Below, piece after piece: positions 63,744-64,000 of a stretch of DNA of 64,000 nucleotides. The notes beneath the pieces were generated by a model, which was not told the origin of the DNA, did not search any database, and saw only the letters and a program-made list of their open reading frames with translations. The DNA lies in NCBI GenBank assembly GCA_043753855.1, contig JAYUVX010000034.1, positions 58,860 to 122,859 on the forward strand, in the 5' to 3' direction. The position numbers were made by a program, and so were the translations under genes. Positions within the stretch are counted from its first letter, which is position 1; each line of letters starts with the position of its first letter. The stretch is from Myxococcales bacterium (GTDB lineage Bacteria; Myxococcota_A; Polyangia; Haliangiales; Haliangiaceae).

Positions 63744-64000
63744 TGGGTACCTCCCGTCACGGGCGCCTGACGGATATCGACACCGAGGCGCTCGATGTAC
63801 GCGATCAACGCGATCACGTCCTTGGACTCCATCCCACTCGGACCGCCGAGCTTCACGAGCTTCGCCGCGACCTCGGCGGCTTGCTTGCGCGCCACGGCTC
63901 CGGCGTCGTCGAGAATCGCCGCACCGTAGGGCACGCCGAGCATCGCCATCGCATCGACGCGCGACTGGATATCCCCGAACGGAATGTCATCGGAGAGCAG
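63740..64000 (-). CDS. ccoO: cbb3-type cytochrome c oxidase subunit II (CcoO, or CcoNO fusion); C-terminal end only
   Basis: The frame is open to the window edge (..LLSDDIPFGDIQSRVDAMAMLGVPYGAAILDD..IALIAYIERLG..), typical of a CcoO C-terminus. Confidence 0.7.
   Translation of the reverse strand: MLSDDIPFGDIQSRVDAMAMLGVPYGAAILDDAGAVARKQAAEVAAKLVKLGGPSGMESKDVIALIAYIERLGVDIRQAPVTGGTQ

Overview
High-GC (about 70% by eye) bacterial chromosomal segment. The gene content suggests a myxobacterium-like Deltaproteobacterium (inference): many lipoproteins, several Ser/Thr kinases and an FHA-sigma54 activator. I support about 60 CDS. They include pntAB, a PhoX-like phosphatase with a c-type cytochrome neighbour, bcp, an MgtC-family protein, an OYE reductase, a sirtuin, a heparinase-like lyase, a DEAD-box helicase, grpE, cbpA-cbpM, a REC-GGDEF-HPt protein and a kinase-STAND-TPR protein. 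At the 3' end lies a cbb3 oxidase maturation operon, ccoO(partial)-Q-P-G-H-x-I-S. I saw no rRNA, tRNA, CRISPR or IS element. The main result is a compact locus at about 48.5-57.1 kb that reads as a RiPP biosynthetic cluster. It has a 58-aa precursor with a textbook double-glycine leader and a 15-aa core containing one Cys. Co-directional with the precursor are a GNAT, two translationally coupled DUF692/MNIO iron oxidase paralogues and an unknown 132-aa protein. Divergently transcribed are an AsnB-like ATP-dependent enzyme lacking the glutaminase nucleophile and an AspH-like beta-hydroxylase. A sigma-54-type promoter and an upstream palindrome precede the precursor, and an FHA-sigma54 activator plus a globin-coupled histidine kinase close the array. 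Secondary observations are several gene remnants (peroxidase, kinase, TPR), a repeat gene broken by a CAG->TAG change plus a frameshift, and a 13-bp x3 tandem repeat upstream of the STAND kinase. All family assignments come from reading motifs by eye; no searches were run.
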